From the human T2T-CHM13v2.0 reference genome, Homo sapiens, in assembly GCF_009914755.1 (NCBI RefSeq), contig NC_060933.1: a stretch of 64,000 nucleotides of DNA; one strand, given 5' to 3'. A model generated the notes under the pieces. That model did not search any database and had not been told where the DNA came from. It saw only the letters and a list, made by a program, of their open reading frames with translations. Below are positions 1 through 14,586 of the stretch, one piece after another. The position numbers and the translations under genes were made by a program. Each line of letters starts with the position of its first letter. Positions within the stretch are counted from its first letter, which is position 1.

Positions 1-350
1 CTCTTCATCTAGCTCCCATAAATACTCTGGCTCATCATTCTAGCACCATGTAAACTGAGAGAACAGCCTGCGTCACTCAGCTTTGTACCAAAAGTGGTGC
101 AGAGGGAAGTGCTTTGCATATGATAGAATCTTTCATAATTATTTTCCCATTTTGAAAATTATTGACATTGATGTTAAAGAAAAGTACCTAGATTTGGGTA
201 TAGACCACCCAGTATCTATTCAATGAATAGCTAATGATTTATTAGTTCTAAGTTTCCTGAGCAATAGTTCAACCTGAGTTGGCAGAGATAGAATACTCAT
301 ATTATAGTTTAGAAGCAAGACTCCCAACCAGCATACTTGGTCCAAAGCAT

Positions 351-386
351 GAAAGTCATTAGAAAAAGTCATTTAGAAAGTCATTA
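351..386. repeat. 3x tandem GAAAGTCATT(T)A
   Basis: gaaagtcatta-gaaaaagtcattta-gaaagtcatta seen directly. Confidence 0.85.
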
Positions 387-1383
387 ATATCAAATTTTCA
401 TTTACAAAACTATGCATGAGCTGCTTAACAAAACAAGAGACCTGGTGAGGGGCTTTTTTTTTTTTTTGGTTAATATACAAGGCTATTTCCACAAAACTTT
501 ATATTTATTTGCCTTGTGAGATAAAGAGACCATGACTATATCACCTTGCCAGTGTTCTTAATTTGTGACAATTTTGTATCACTAGTTGTTTTTTTTTCCC
601 TCTTAGTTTGAGGTTAATTTATTCTGTGATCACATTGTTATTCTGCCAACTTTGTTCTCATGGAATAAGTAAATATGTAGATGTTTTGGTGACTAGAAAA
701 AGGTCATATTTCCTTCTCTCATCTCTAGTGAAAGAGACAGAAATTATGAGAATCGTTCATAATTCAGTTTGAAAGTAGAAAGCCCCAAAGAATTTTTACG
801 GACTTTTCTTCCAAGAAAATATCATTGATATGTTATTTGATCATCTCCACATTTGGAAGCATATTCTTTACATCTCCGTTTAGTGTGGATTGGGCTGGTG
901 TTCTTCTGCTAGGTAGACAATTGTTACTCCCTCTGAGGGAGAGGCTGCTACTTTCCCACCAAAATCGATGACCCTCATCTTCCATAGCAATAATACCGAG
1001 GCTGCCACATTACTGCACAGCACATTTCCAGAAGTTTAGCATGCCACTGCTTGGTCTGTGATTTCTGACATTGACTGTACCTCCTCCATGTTCTCTCGCT
1101 TTCCCACCAGCAAGAAGCTAGATGAGGTGGAAATTCAGGTCTGATCATATAAATAGTGACAGTGCCAAGTATATAGAAGGAATTTGGTCTATGAATGATC
1201 TCAAAGAATAAGGTTTTCCTGAAAACCTGGAGTGAACTCATATGGACCTTTATGGGAGAAAGACATGGGCTGCTCTGATCAATAGGTCACTGGATTTTGG
1301 ACATCATTTACAGTAGCTTAGTCTTGTCCTGACAAATACACCTAGTCTGTGAGTGGATATCCCCATACTACAGGGATTATAAC

Positions 1384-1662
1384 ACTAACACAAGAACAGA
1401 AAACCAAACACCGCATGTTCTCACTCATAATTGGGAGTTGAATAATGAGAACACATGGACACAGGGAGGGGAACAACATACATCGGAGCCTGTCAGGCGG
1501 TTGGGGGCTAGGGAAGGGAGAGTATTAGGAGAAATACATAATGGAAATGATGGGTTGATGGGTGCAGCAAACCACCATGGCACATGTATACCTATGTAAC
1601 AAACCTGCACGTTCTGCACATGTATCCCAGAACTTAAAATATAATTAAATAAATAAATAAAT
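1384..1662 (+). mobile_element. L1PA 3' end (L1PA7/8-like), 5'-truncated
   Basis: Canonical L1 3'UTR (aaacaccgcatgttctcactc...ctgcacatgtatcccagaactta) with a (TAAA)n tail. Confidence 0.93.
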
Positions 1663-4600
1663 ATTTATCAGTTTCTTCTTTTCCCTATGAGTTTTTTATT
1701 TGCCCGGAATCGATTTTGTCTTTATGTTGTCCTAACACAATTTATTAAATGGTTCCTCTTCTGTCCCTCTTTCATTCTGTCATAAATTAATTTTTAATAC
1801 ATATATTACTTTGTTTCTGTTTTCTTTATTTGTTTGAACTCAATCTTTGCCCAAATATATATATTTAGTTTACATAATATGCATACAATTTTGTATACTG
1901 TTTATTTCAAAAGTTACAAAACCACTTTCCATATTTCCACACTGTTTTATAACTATAATATTTATGCCTACATACATTTTTACAACATGTGTTTTATTCA
2001 TTTGCTTACTCTTGGTCAGTTAAGCTTTTCTCAATATATTTGATATTATGGAGAATGCTAAATGATTATTTCATGCGTATATCTTTTTCCTCTGCTGAGT
2101 AATATCCTTAGGTTATAATCGTAGGGATAGAAATATTGGGCAAGATTAAAGATATTTTATGGTTTTGAATATTATAAATTAAATATTGCCATACTCCATT
2201 CCAAATGATGATTTCACTTTAATATTTTAAAAAGTCCCTGATTCCAAGTTATTAGTAATGAAATGATACATTAGCTGAATTTTAATTTAAATTTATTTCA
2301 TTGCGTATAAAGCTAAGCAAGTTTCCACGAGTCTCTTTATTGTGCCTGTCTCTTCATGAGTGGGCCTCCCGCTCATTCTCGTTATACTGAAGTCTTAATA
2401 TTCACATGCAGATTTGAATGAGCTCTCTATAGGTTATAGGTTTATATTAGATAATATATAATTCGATTTTTTAAGGACCAAATTTATTTTAAGCTCCTAC
2501 CTAGCTTTTCTTTTTTTTTTTTTTTCATTTCATCATAAGGAACACATCACTCAAGATTAATCTTGAATTTTTGAATAGTGGCAATGGATGCTTTTTTCAG
2601 CTGCATTTTGGCACAGACATGGCATCATCTCTCTGAAACCACTGTCACTTACACCTCTGGGAACTGGAGATTGAATTACTGCTCTGCTTGGAGTTACCCG
2701 CAAAGACTGGCTTCAAAGATGAGGGTTTAAGTTTTATCCCATTCACAGCAGTGGCAGGCATGGAAGCAGAGCACAGTGAGTCATCCTCATCCCTTTGTGG
2801 GCACCCAGCTTAGCTGGTACTTCACATCTGACAGTGCTCAGCTTTTAGGTGAAGGAACATCAAGTGCTATGTTAGTTAATTACACCAAGCTTAGAATGTG
2901 ACTCCTGTAGTATCTGGGAGGAGATGCACACACAACCTTTACTTCTTCACATTGGCTATTCACCAGCGTGCAATAAACCACAAAGATTTCCTTGGACTGA
3001 ACCCTAAGAAGAACTAAAAGATCTCATGCTTCTTTCACTCATTTTAGCTAAGAATGTACCCTTTCACCTGTCTAGGTTTCATGATGAAAAGTGTTTTACA
3101 GATAACATCATAGCCCCTCATTCTCCCTCTCCCCACCCTCACACAGCTAGTGAGTCTTGCTCATTCAGGATTCACACATTTTGGATATATCCGCTTTTCT
3201 TTAGTTATATTGTTATCACTCATCTGGATTATTTTAATTCCTCAGTACAGCTCTCTGCTTCCGTTTTTCCTGACTTTTGCTTTTGATATTAGTGAGAACA
3301 TTTTAAACTACAAGTACAGAAACTCAAACAATGCTAACAAAACAAAATTAAACCAACAGAACTTATCGAACCAAAGAATTGTAGTAAGAGAGTTGGCTGC
3401 AAATATAACTGGATACAGGGGATCAGATGATGCCATCAGGGTTCTCTTTCTCCATCCTCAGCTCTACTTTCTGACACTCTTGCTTATAATCTTAATCATA
3501 CTGTTTTATAATTATGATTATATATCTTTTCTCTCCTAGATTTAAGGCAGAAATCATTTTGTCTACTTTCTCTGCCAAACACTGTACTGTAACTCCTAGC
3601 TAATGCCTGAACAAATACATGTTGATTAACTGAATGCATACATGAAATAAGATCCTAGATTTTTGTGTTAAAAGGTTATTGAAGGCCTGATGTTTCCAAC
3701 CAAATGAATCTAGTTGCTCAAAAAGTAATTTGTGCTGAGGGACCTCATCTAATAATGTGGCTCAACAGGGTGGCAGAAACATGTTGGCACAGTAATTTAT
3801 TTGCAATGCTGAAGACATTCTGCGGTTTGGAAGCATTTCCAAATAGTGGAGTGAAACATTATATAACAATCCAAGAGATTAAAGGCCTGAATAATGCAGT
3901 ATATTAAAAGTATTTCCTTCTGGGACTTGAATCCCCTGGCTCCCAACCAGTACTCTGCATTTCTAACTACTTATACGTGAACAGTTGCTTTAAGCCTCAC
4001 ACATTTTAGATAAGCCAGGGCATAGTATGTGTTCATGAAATATATGTTTGAATAAATTTTAATTTCTTGTATGTTTCCATCTCATGAATATCCACAAAAT
4101 GGTTATTAAAGAACAGAAGACAACCATTTTAGCAAGACTTGAACTATTATGATCAAGCACGCCCTGAAACTTTTTACTGTGTAGCCTCTTTCTCAGAGCA
4201 ACTGTAGATTACTGCTTTCTTTTCTACTGACTCCCTCAAGTCCTTACCAAAGAAATGATTATTTTCACTAAGACCAGGGCACAAGAATCACAGAATTGTG
4301 GGAGACACTATTCACATATAAAACAATGTAGTCACATCAAATTCACTTGTGTTTACTAGGTTCTGATATCTGTAAGTCAAGCTAGAAGTAGAACTGTGGT
4401 GCAAACAGCAACACCGACCACAAAAATGCTCTTATGGGTACCACCACACCAAATATAAACAAGACTTCAGGTGTATACACAAGGAGTATGCCCTGTTGCA
4501 AAAGACCATACATAAGGGCCTTTTGTGTTGTAATGAGGTGCAAAGTTATGCAAATGCCATGGGAAAAGATAAAGGTGTAGATTTTCTTTTTGTGGGTTAT

Positions 4601-4789
4601 ATAACAGTGATATGAAAATTAGTTTATTATCTTTATCAGCAAATAATGCTGACTCACTGTGCAAGAAATGAAAGGTCAAACTCTAATATATAGATTAAAT
4701 CCAAAGAAAAGTGCACTTTCCTCAGATGCAAGACATGGTCTTTGTCAAAAGATGCTGTATGAAGTCATATGCCCATTAGTGATTTTTAT

Positions 4790-4861
4790 TTAATATATTA
4801 AAATATCATCATTAATATATTAAATTAATATTTAATATATTAAATTTATTTAATATATTAA
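4790..4861. repeat. Four copies of the palindrome TTAATATATTAA
   Basis: Copies at 4790-4801, 4812-4823, 4832-4843 and 4850-4861. Confidence 0.9.
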
Positions 4862-7800
4862 ATTATAAAGTAACATTCAGAACCCTATGAGATGCACCTA
4901 GTGGTGCCATCTATCAGAGATGTCACAGTTCAGGTGTGCTCTTTATTAACAGAATCATTCTTTTACATATACACACACATTAATAAATAATATATATTCT
5001 AGACAAGTAGGTTTATCTTACCCCAGGGTATTAGGGTATAAGGACTTAAGACTAGGAACTGCCTTAGAGATCATCTAGTTTCACTGTTTCATTTTTCAAG
5101 TTAGAGGAGTAATAAAGAAATATTCATTAGGTATTACAAACTACCTATAAAATACTGGATACCAATTATTTAGGCCAAGTGGGAGCCTGTTAATGATTTG
5201 CCAATGAATCCAGTCCCCCTGCAGTGATAATTTACCGTAATTATTGAGCAGTTTTCCAAAATGCCTTGTTTCTCATTTAGCGTTTTACATTTTCTATAGT
5301 GGTTTCATAATTTTCAGAAATGTGAGACAAATAGTTGGCAATTTAGTGGTGGTGGGGGCAGTGATAAAATTGTCTACAGGTATCCAAATAGACACAACAC
5401 TTTAGGGCCCCACATTTCAGTGGTCCACTTTGAACTGTAGATTATTGTTTTCTTTTTTTTTTTTCTTTTTCACTTCACTGGAAAGATATTTTGTCCATTT
5501 TATTCTGCTTCGTATCCTGAGTTAATCTGAAAGAAGATTCTGATCTACATTTTTGGCTCTTTAACGAGTAGATTTCTTGATATAGACTCAAGTGTTAGTT
5601 CTTTGATCTTCTACCGAAGCCTGCTACTCACAGAGGGAGTTATTGTGTATGCTGGGCTTTGGGGGAAAGTGTGCTTTGAATAACCCTACCTCTGTTCTAT
5701 GTTACTGCTCAGATCTTTATCTCACGTCCCTTAGTATTTTGTAAACCCTTTTCAGCTGTTGCCAGCATTACTCGCTGATAGCTTAACTACATTAAGGGAG
5801 ATGTGTTTATGAACAATGGAGAGTGTCTTTCATTCATCTTTGGGCTTTTCATGATAAACAACTGATTTTCTTAATAGTTAACCTAACATGTTTTGAAAAG
5901 ACTTATAAAAAGACTATGCTGAAGGATTAAGGAAATGCTGACTCTCTCAAACAAAATCCAGAACCGCGAAAGATTTATCACTGGAAGCAGAGTTCCCCAC
6001 GGGGACGTCCATTTTGAACAAAGCGACTCCAAACTTGTTCTCTCGAGTTTCCACTTTCCCATGGGTGCTGGTGGTAGGCGAGAAAGTTCTTTCTACATTT
6101 TATGTTATTTTTTTCCTAACTTTAGGCATTCCTTTCAGTACAACTAAGCCAGGCTAGATTTTCAGAGACTTTTATATACAAGGAACAAAAAGGAAATAAA
6201 TGCGGAAAATACATGATGGACTTTCTTTTAGTGAAAGTTGTGTAGATCTCCTTCAGGGCCAGGAATTAGCCTTATTTCTCTAAATCTCTGACACTTAGGA
6301 CAAATTTTGACACACAACAACTGTTTTATATATTGAATTAATGAATACTCCAGTGACTAAAATATGTGAGTAATTTGGATAACAGAGTACACATGGCTAG
6401 TGTGCAAGTAGGTTCTTTAAGTTTCTAAACCGCTGCCCCAAAAGACTGGACTAATTTTTAACCCCCTTGCTTTGCTTTCTTGTTTCCTAGATCTGGCCTC
6501 TGGAGAAATGGAGATCACCATCTTAAAACCCTCGCCCTTCAGTTGCCTCCTGGACAAGCAGGCAAAGCCATAGTGAGGAGAGGCGGATCCTATTCTGCTG
6601 CTCAAGGAGGCTCCAGGCTGTTGAACAGACAGATGACACCCAGAACGTCTCCATCTCCACCAACCCATGCCCTATGGTGCAGGCAGAATAGTCTTTCAAA
6701 ATACCGAAAGGATCACTCCATTCCTTTGCTTAAAACTCTTCAAAAATTTACTCTTACTTGTAGGCTAAAGCATAAAATTCTTGACAAGGCTTACAACTAT
6801 TTTTTAAATGGCATAAATATATATATATATATATATTTTTTAATATGGCTTAAACAGTATTTTTCAACTGACAAATCAGAAAATCAGTCAAATTAATTGT
6901 CAAACTAAAATGTAATATCAATTCAGTAAGTTGAGACCAGCATTTACAAAAATAAAATGCAGTGGAATATGTTAGTGTGTACTGCATGTAGAAGGAGTCA
7001 GTATTATTCATGAACTTTAAAAAAAATGACGCTTATGTGACCATATGTAATATAAGTATATCCTATATAAAATATGACATACAAATATCATATCACATTG
7101 TACATTACCTCAATATTTGCTGGAAATGATGAAAGTTCCTAAATGTACTATTTCTGAGAAATATCTGTGTCATGGGGATAGGGAACCTAAGCAGATTTTT
7201 GAAAGTGAGGCAGCATGACTCATTCAAAGGAACACAGTTCTAAGGAGGAATCTAGGCTTCGTTATCAGCAGGACATCTGCCCAGGTATCTTTTCAAATCT
7301 GGCCATCATAGCCAAAGTTGGACAATGATCCGTTGGGTCCACAAATCTTACAGTGAGAGCACTCAATGCAGAGAATTCTTATCGGGATTAAAGTTTCTTA
7401 GGAGTAGTCCCAAGTTCGGAATCTCAAACTCTCTTCAATTCTTTACCCCCACCTGCTTCATGATGATGGCATAGAGGACATACCTTTGTAAATCATCTTC
7501 CTAGGCTCCTCTGTGGTATTTGAAAAATCTACAGTTTGCTCTATGTTTTAGGAGACTGTGAAACATAAACTATTTTTCGTAAGCCTATTGTAAATCAAGC
7601 CAGTCTGTTAAAAAAATGCTTTGAAAGAAAAAAATAAATCTAATTTAGATGTCTTCTGTGGTTACAAAATGGCTTAACAGACAACTTTTGATGAATACAT
7701 CACAGGAGTTACCAGAAATCAGATAATGTGCCTGGAAATGTTAGTCAATTATTAAGAATTATCCTCAAAACTGTTCCAAAAGAGTTTATTTGATTTTATG

Positions 7801-9139
7801 TACCTACTAAGGAATACAACGCTATGTATAAAATTTGCCTGCATTCATGAAATTTAAGCTAAATACTGGCAATGGGAAGCAAAAAGCGGAATAACTAACT
7901 AAAATATCCCCCGTAGAGACCAATCATTGAGATAAGTATAAAAATAGGTGCCAAAATACAAAGATCATCCTTTTAAATGATTTTTCACAATCTATTAACA
8001 GCTCCAATTTGGAAAATTCTCACAAAAAAATTAAAATACTGGATCAAGTGGAAAGGATCCTGATTCCAGTCAAGAGTCAGTGTCTCAGTTCCAGCCATCT
8101 GAAAGTCAACAATGTAGGCCTGGACAAAGAGAAGTGCCAGGCTCTGAAGACCTCTGTGTTCCTAACTGGAACACAGTGCTTTAGAGCAGATGGGCCTGCC
8201 TTTCAAGCTCTGTGCTACATGATTCCATGTGCACATTCTCTCAGGCTGCTCATTAAGGTACTTATTTGCCATGGAAGATAATAATCTGATTCAAATTATG
8301 TATCTAGACAGAACAAATTCAACAATAACATGAAGTTTTCCTACCTTAAAATTAAACTATTTTGCATGTAAATATTTAAGGAACAGCTGACTTAAGTTTT
8401 CTCTATTAAATATAATATAAATAGAAAAAATATCCTCATCCCCACATCAGGCTGCAGATAAAGTTGTTAATCATCAACTTGCACTGTTAAAAGCAATTGC
8501 GGTTGAACAGCTTTCAGCTTTCCCTGCAGCAATCTGTTTCAAGTCAAGATTCAGATAGCCTCTTGATTTTTACATGTTGGATATGTGGGCAGTAAATCTA
8601 TAGATAAATATTTTTGCAGTTAGGCATCACACTGATGACACTGCATTTTGAGAGAAGTGGAGAGGAGAACTGACTACATAAATGTAGTTACATCATAACA
8701 AGAAATAATTGTTTAATGGTGAAAACTTTTGCCTATATATCATTTAAAAAGGCCATATCCAAAGTGCTAAGTCATTCTATTACAACCGGGGTTAAATTAG
8801 TTTGATGGTAAAGTTCATAGATAAGAGAAAAGTTACTCTTTAAACCATCCCCTCACCCGCCTGAATGCTTGGTGATAGGATGTCATCGTTAATGATTTGA
8901 GTTCCCTAAAGAAAGCTCTGTAGCCTTTGGAGAAAGCTAACGATGTGTAATAGAAATTTACTAGAAGGATTCATGGTTTTTCTACACTTATACTAGACTG
9001 TATAGTACAAGAGGAAATTATTTTAGATAATACTTCATCTGATATTTATTGAGCATCTGAAACATTCCTGGCATTGTGCTTTACATATAAGGGAAAGAAA
9101 ATGTTGAATAGATTCCTAAATATTCTGCCAATCTTGGCC

Positions 9140-9790
9140 CTTCTAATGTTTTCTCCACAGAGGCAGACCATTCCTTGTGAAACACAAATCTAGTCGTCAT
9201 GTCACTGCTAATGCACAAGCCTGTTCAGTGGCTCCCTGTTGTACTCTAGCTGATAAAATTCAAACTCCTTAGTGTGCCATGTTAAATTTCCTTCATGTTG
9301 TAGTCCTAGCTTACCACCTCTAACAGCCTCACCTCTCTACTTCCTTGCCCATAAATTGAGCTTCCTCATGTTACTTTACCACCCTGAATAGAACTCCCTC
9401 TTTGGCTTATGGGAATTAGAATATGATATTTTCTCTATCTCTATCTTTTCCTCTCTCTCTGTCTTTTTTTCTTCTTGGCCATCTTTCCTCTCTCTCTCTC
9501 TTCATTTGGTTAATTACTATTTCAGGTCTCAACCATGATACCTTATTCTAGGAAACCCTTCCCTGGCCCCTTAGGAGTGGGGTCAGTGTCCTTCCTTCAT
9601 GTGATCTAATAGATGCTTGATCCAAAGCATCTAACGACTTCCAGTCATGGAACTTATCAGACTATGGTGTCTATGAATCTGTCATATGCACTCAGCTATT
9701 ACAGGACTGTGTCTTGCTAGCACTGTATCCCCAGAAACTAATATAGCACATGACTTAAAGTAAGTCTGTTCAATACATAATTATCAAATA
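9140..9790 (+). mobile_element. L2 3' region (degenerate)
   Basis: L2-like motifs (cagtggctccc, aaaattcaaactcctt, ctgtatccccag...tagcaca...caatacat). Confidence 0.6.
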
Positions 9791-11445
9791 TAAGAGTAAC
9801 ACATATCATGGTCCTGGGGGAGATGCAGGAAAACATTTTCTTTGTGTACCAGGTTCATAACAGATTTTTACAAAAATTGTTCTGAAGATGAAGTACACTA
9901 AATTGTTAATCACCATGATTCCAAAGCCTAAGGTTTGTTCCAAGAGAGCTGTGGGCAGCAAAATATGGAATTATTTAGAGACTCTCTGTCAGTAACATTG
10001 GAATTGTGAGGAGATTGTTTAATATAACTACGTAGAGTAAGTGCCTGGGAGGAGCATGCCTATAAAAAGTAACTGTGCTTCCATTTTTAGGCATCTTTGT
10101 TCAGCACGGTGCCAGGTACATGCCGTCTCCTGCTTGGCAGCCCAGCATAGAGTTACACCCTCTGCATTGCATTTAATTCCCTTTATAATTTACATAATCC
10201 TTCTGCCTGTGCCTATCATTTTACAGAGCAAAAGGAATCCCATCATGAGTACACTAAGCCATATACTTGGCTGCATCACACAGATGTTTCACCTGGACTA
10301 TGTCTGGCAGTGCAAGACCCCAAGTGATGATAATTTCATTGTACTTAACACAATGTCTCCCTAGAGACAGTGGGAGCCAGGGGAGGGGATACCTGAGGTA
10401 TAGAGAAATCAAGCCTGCTAAGCATAATCACCCTTGATAACTTGTCTCCTTTCAACAACTTGTGCTTTTAGACATGCATTCTCATTTAGGGTATTTAAAA
10501 CTTACCTATTTCAATAAAATGGTTCCAGTGTCAGCCCCCTTTGAAAACTTTATACTCATGCCAAACTATCACTGTGATCACTTGTGAAATACTGGCTTTG
10601 AGAGGAAAGATGGTTCAATTTTTTTTTTTCTGAAATGATGGTGCTTATTAGATCTCTACATATTTTTAAAGATAAGACAGGCCACCATGTTAACTTTAAA
10701 AAAAATGTATCAATGAAAAGACATAGAAATTACCAGAAGTAAGCAGAAAGAAGTAGCGCTCTGAGTAAAGGGATACACAGTAAATCTTGGCTGCAAACAA
10801 TAAAACAATTATGATGGTGTTCATAGTACGTTTATGTTTGCACAAATTTACAGGCTAATAAAAACAGAGCACTAATGCATTCAAATATCTGAAAGTGCCA
10901 AAAGAACTGAGTGCCATTTCACAGGTGTACTTTAGATACATTTTTTGATAACAAGATGAAGGGAAGTAAGAATGGTATTTGAGTACATCAGTGTGGTTTA
11001 GTTCACCAATGTCCTACAAGAGACATTTTACTTCTCAAACAGAAGCGCTAAAGCTAACTTCACAAAGAATTTGTTGATCACTCTTTGGCATTCAGATATA
11101 CCCATTTGTAGGATCCTACAATCAGAGGGCCAATAATTTCTATATAATCCTTAAAGGCAAAAAATATTTAATGAAAATTATTCATTCCTCATATTCTCAT
11201 TTTTTGCATTATTAAAATATGACTATGCTGTCATTAATTTCTTCAAGTTAATAAAGTCCTGGAGAAGTTCTGTTTCAAGTATTACCCAAATACCCTTTAA
11301 TACAGGTGTAAGAGGAGCTTGATGATCACACAAATGTAGGGTCTTGGGTGATTAGAGCTAAGCTGAGTCTAGGCACATGCATTCTAGGCTGATTCTACCT
11401 TTGACTATAGGACTTTGGGCAATTCTGTTTTGCCTTTCACTATGT

Positions 11446-11621
11446 CAGTGGTTCTCAAACTCGTAATCACCTGGAGAACTTGTTAAAATACGAATTGATG
11501 TCTCCCATCCCCAGAGTTTCTAATTTAGAAGATTGGAGTGGCGTCCAAGAATTTGGATTTCCTAATAAATTCCCAAATAATTACTAATGCTTCTGCTATG
11601 GGACATATTTTGAAAACCAGG
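11446..11621. mobile_element. MER5A (hAT-Charlie MITE), nested in a MIR
   Basis: Terminal cagtggttctcaaact...tttgaaaaccag; internal atcacctggagaacttgttaaaa. Confidence 0.8.
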
Positions 11622-12454
11622 GCAATAAACACATCTCACAACCTGCTCTTCTTTACAAGAGGGCAGCAGAGGGGTCACAGATGTAGCAATGTAGAGTGGT
11701 CTTTCGATGACAATGTGGGAGTAGCGTGCTTTCATGGGAATGGAGTCAGGAAAGGAGGGAGCAAGAAACTTTGGATCTAACTCCCAATATTCTCAGTTTA
11801 TTTTAGCAAAAAAAAAAAAAGATGGGAAATGAATTGCAACCATGTTCAAAAACCCAGAGTAGACTAGAGAAGAGTGAAGAATGTGTCAGAACATTCTAAG
11901 TACATTTGCTAGCTCTGTCCTTGCCCATACTTATATCCGGGAGCTTAAAAATCCAAAATGATACATGAATGTAAAGGGGCAAAGCCAACAAACAGTTATC
12001 CTGCTGGGGGGAATAAAAGGTCTTTCCATACATACAAAGTGACAACTCTCATCAGCTTTGTATTTAAAGAAGAACAACAAGGTTGGATGCATTTTTTAAA
12101 CAGAATGTGAAGAATTACTGTGTTTTAACTAGACTATGTTTAAATTTAAACAAGAGTAGACATGTTCTTCATGATACATATAAATACATATTCACTTTTA
12201 TGTGGCTAAATATGGCATTATAAATTTATAAAAAACATATTTTCTAGTAGGAACACCACAATAAGAAAAGATTTAGTTGGTTCATAAGCTTGTAAGTGAT
12301 ATCAAGATGGAGCTCCCTTTTTATATTCTGGAGTGTAAATCCCTCTGTTATTATTATAATTAAATAAATGTCTGTGAAACAATGTTTTTTCTACACTTTA
12401 ACAGGTGTATTACTTATTACAAGGAGCATTAAACACAATAAAATGCTAGTATAA

Positions 12455-12781
<327 letters not shown>

Positions 12782-14344
12782 TAAAAGCTATTGTCTCTTC
12801 AAAGATGAGGCTGCATGCTTTTCTTATTTGCACATCATTTTCTGCATAGAATTCTCCTTTGTCACTGAAATTCACTGACTCCTCATGGAATTACCAGACG
12901 GTTCAGCATATTTATAGTGCCATGAATTACATTACTGAAATAAGTATTACAATGCCACCCTATTCGGTGGACGTCATAAACAGAAACATAACAAGACATC
13001 TGCTTCCTCTGGAGGAAATTGCATGAACTCTCTGTGTAATTTTCAATGAGAAAGAGAACACTTTGATAACCTAGAACCGGTTTGTGTAATTTACCCATAA
13101 AAGTCATTCAAGTTCATACCAACTCAAGTCCAGACACGAAGTTGTCTGTATAGTTGTCTGTACAGATTTTGCAAACTCAAAAGATTCAGTAAGAGAAAGA
13201 CTTGCAATTTTAAAATAATTAATTGGCCTTCAGTACTTTAGACACTTTTTTACTGACTGGCCTTGGGTAGAAAAATTTATATAAAGCACTAGACAAGAAA
13301 AGCTTATAGTATGATCTTTTCAGTACATACTTATAAAACAACATAATTTGTAAGGAAAACAATTTTACATGATTTTCTGTTATAAAAATTTGGTCTTTTT
13401 CACCTCATCAATGTGTCAGACAAAAGGAAGTTAGTGTTTAAGATATATATTTTAAAGGTATAAATAATTTGAATAAATAAAATTATAAATAATGAAAATA
13501 TTTAATTTCTGAAATAGGTACACAGATTTGACAGATATTTTTACATATTAAATTAATGCAAACTTTATGTTTAAAAATTTAAGTTCAATTAAGTAAAAGT
13601 ACATCAAGAATTTTAATAATATATATCCATTTACTTGGAGAGGAAAGATTATTATATTTGATTTTGCTTCTCACATAATGGTGACAATAATAGTATAATA
13701 ATAGAATAAATTTTCAAGACTTTTTCTTCCATAAAAATAATACATCTTGTCTCTACAAGGTGAACAGTCTTCAGAACATATAGAAGGAATATAAAAGTAG
13801 AAAAATTGTATAATATAATTTGTAATAAACATTGATTTTTTTTAAAAAGTTTGGTATACTTTTGCAATTCCTCTATTGTGTCAGGGGCTAGCAGAGTGAG
13901 TGGTGAAGAATGAATATTCTAAATTGTGTTCATAATTTTATTTTTCAAGTTGCAACTTTAAAAACATATATAGAGCATCAAACTTTTCTTGTCTCTTTCC
14001 TCTACATCAAAAAACCACTCTTATTAACAAAGAAATAAGCTGAGTTTTTCACTTTTTTCTTGAAAGTAAAAACAGACAAAGTTTGATCATGTTAGAAGAT
14101 TTGAAAATACTTTTTTGTTACTGAGGCAACATCTGAGTTATTCATATTTTAAACAGACAATTATGAATGTAACTGTTATAAAAGTCACTTTTTGACAAAA
14201 AGATGACAGTTGCAAAGTTAATACGCAAATACAGGGAAACTAATATTTTAATAAGATTGACTTTTATTACTCTACAAAATCTTTTATATAAACCTCATAT
14301 ATTTTATTGAAATTATTACTTTTTTTGTATTTGATTAATAACTT

Positions 14345-14441
14345 AATTTTTTTAAACATAAAGAGAGTCTTGCTATGTTGCTCAGGCTTAGAACTCCTGG
14401 CCTGAAACAATCCTCCTGCGTCAGTCTCTCAAGTAGCTGAA
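14345..14441 (-). mobile_element. Free Alu monomer (FLAM-like), 5'-truncated, with 16-bp TSD
   Basis: Monomer sequence flanked by identical ATTTGATTAATAACTT at 14329-14344 and 14442-14457. Confidence 0.85.
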
Positions 14442-14586
14442 ATTTGATTAATAACTTCTTTATGTGAATATCACTTAAAAATTGTTTGCCATATAGTCAG
14501 ATACCATATCTTTAGAAAATCTAAAAGCATATCTGATGATTACTAAATTAATATTTGAAAAATTTTATAGTAGCTATATAAACTAA

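Noticed and set aside
6480-6896. Longest ORF (138 aa)
   Set aside because: Non-ATG start, runs into L2 and (TA)n sequence, no recognisable domain.
9610-9633. 9-bp hairpin TAGATGCTT-gatcca-AAGCATCTA
   Set aside because: Inside L2 and short enough to occur by chance; no terminator meaning in a mammalian genome.
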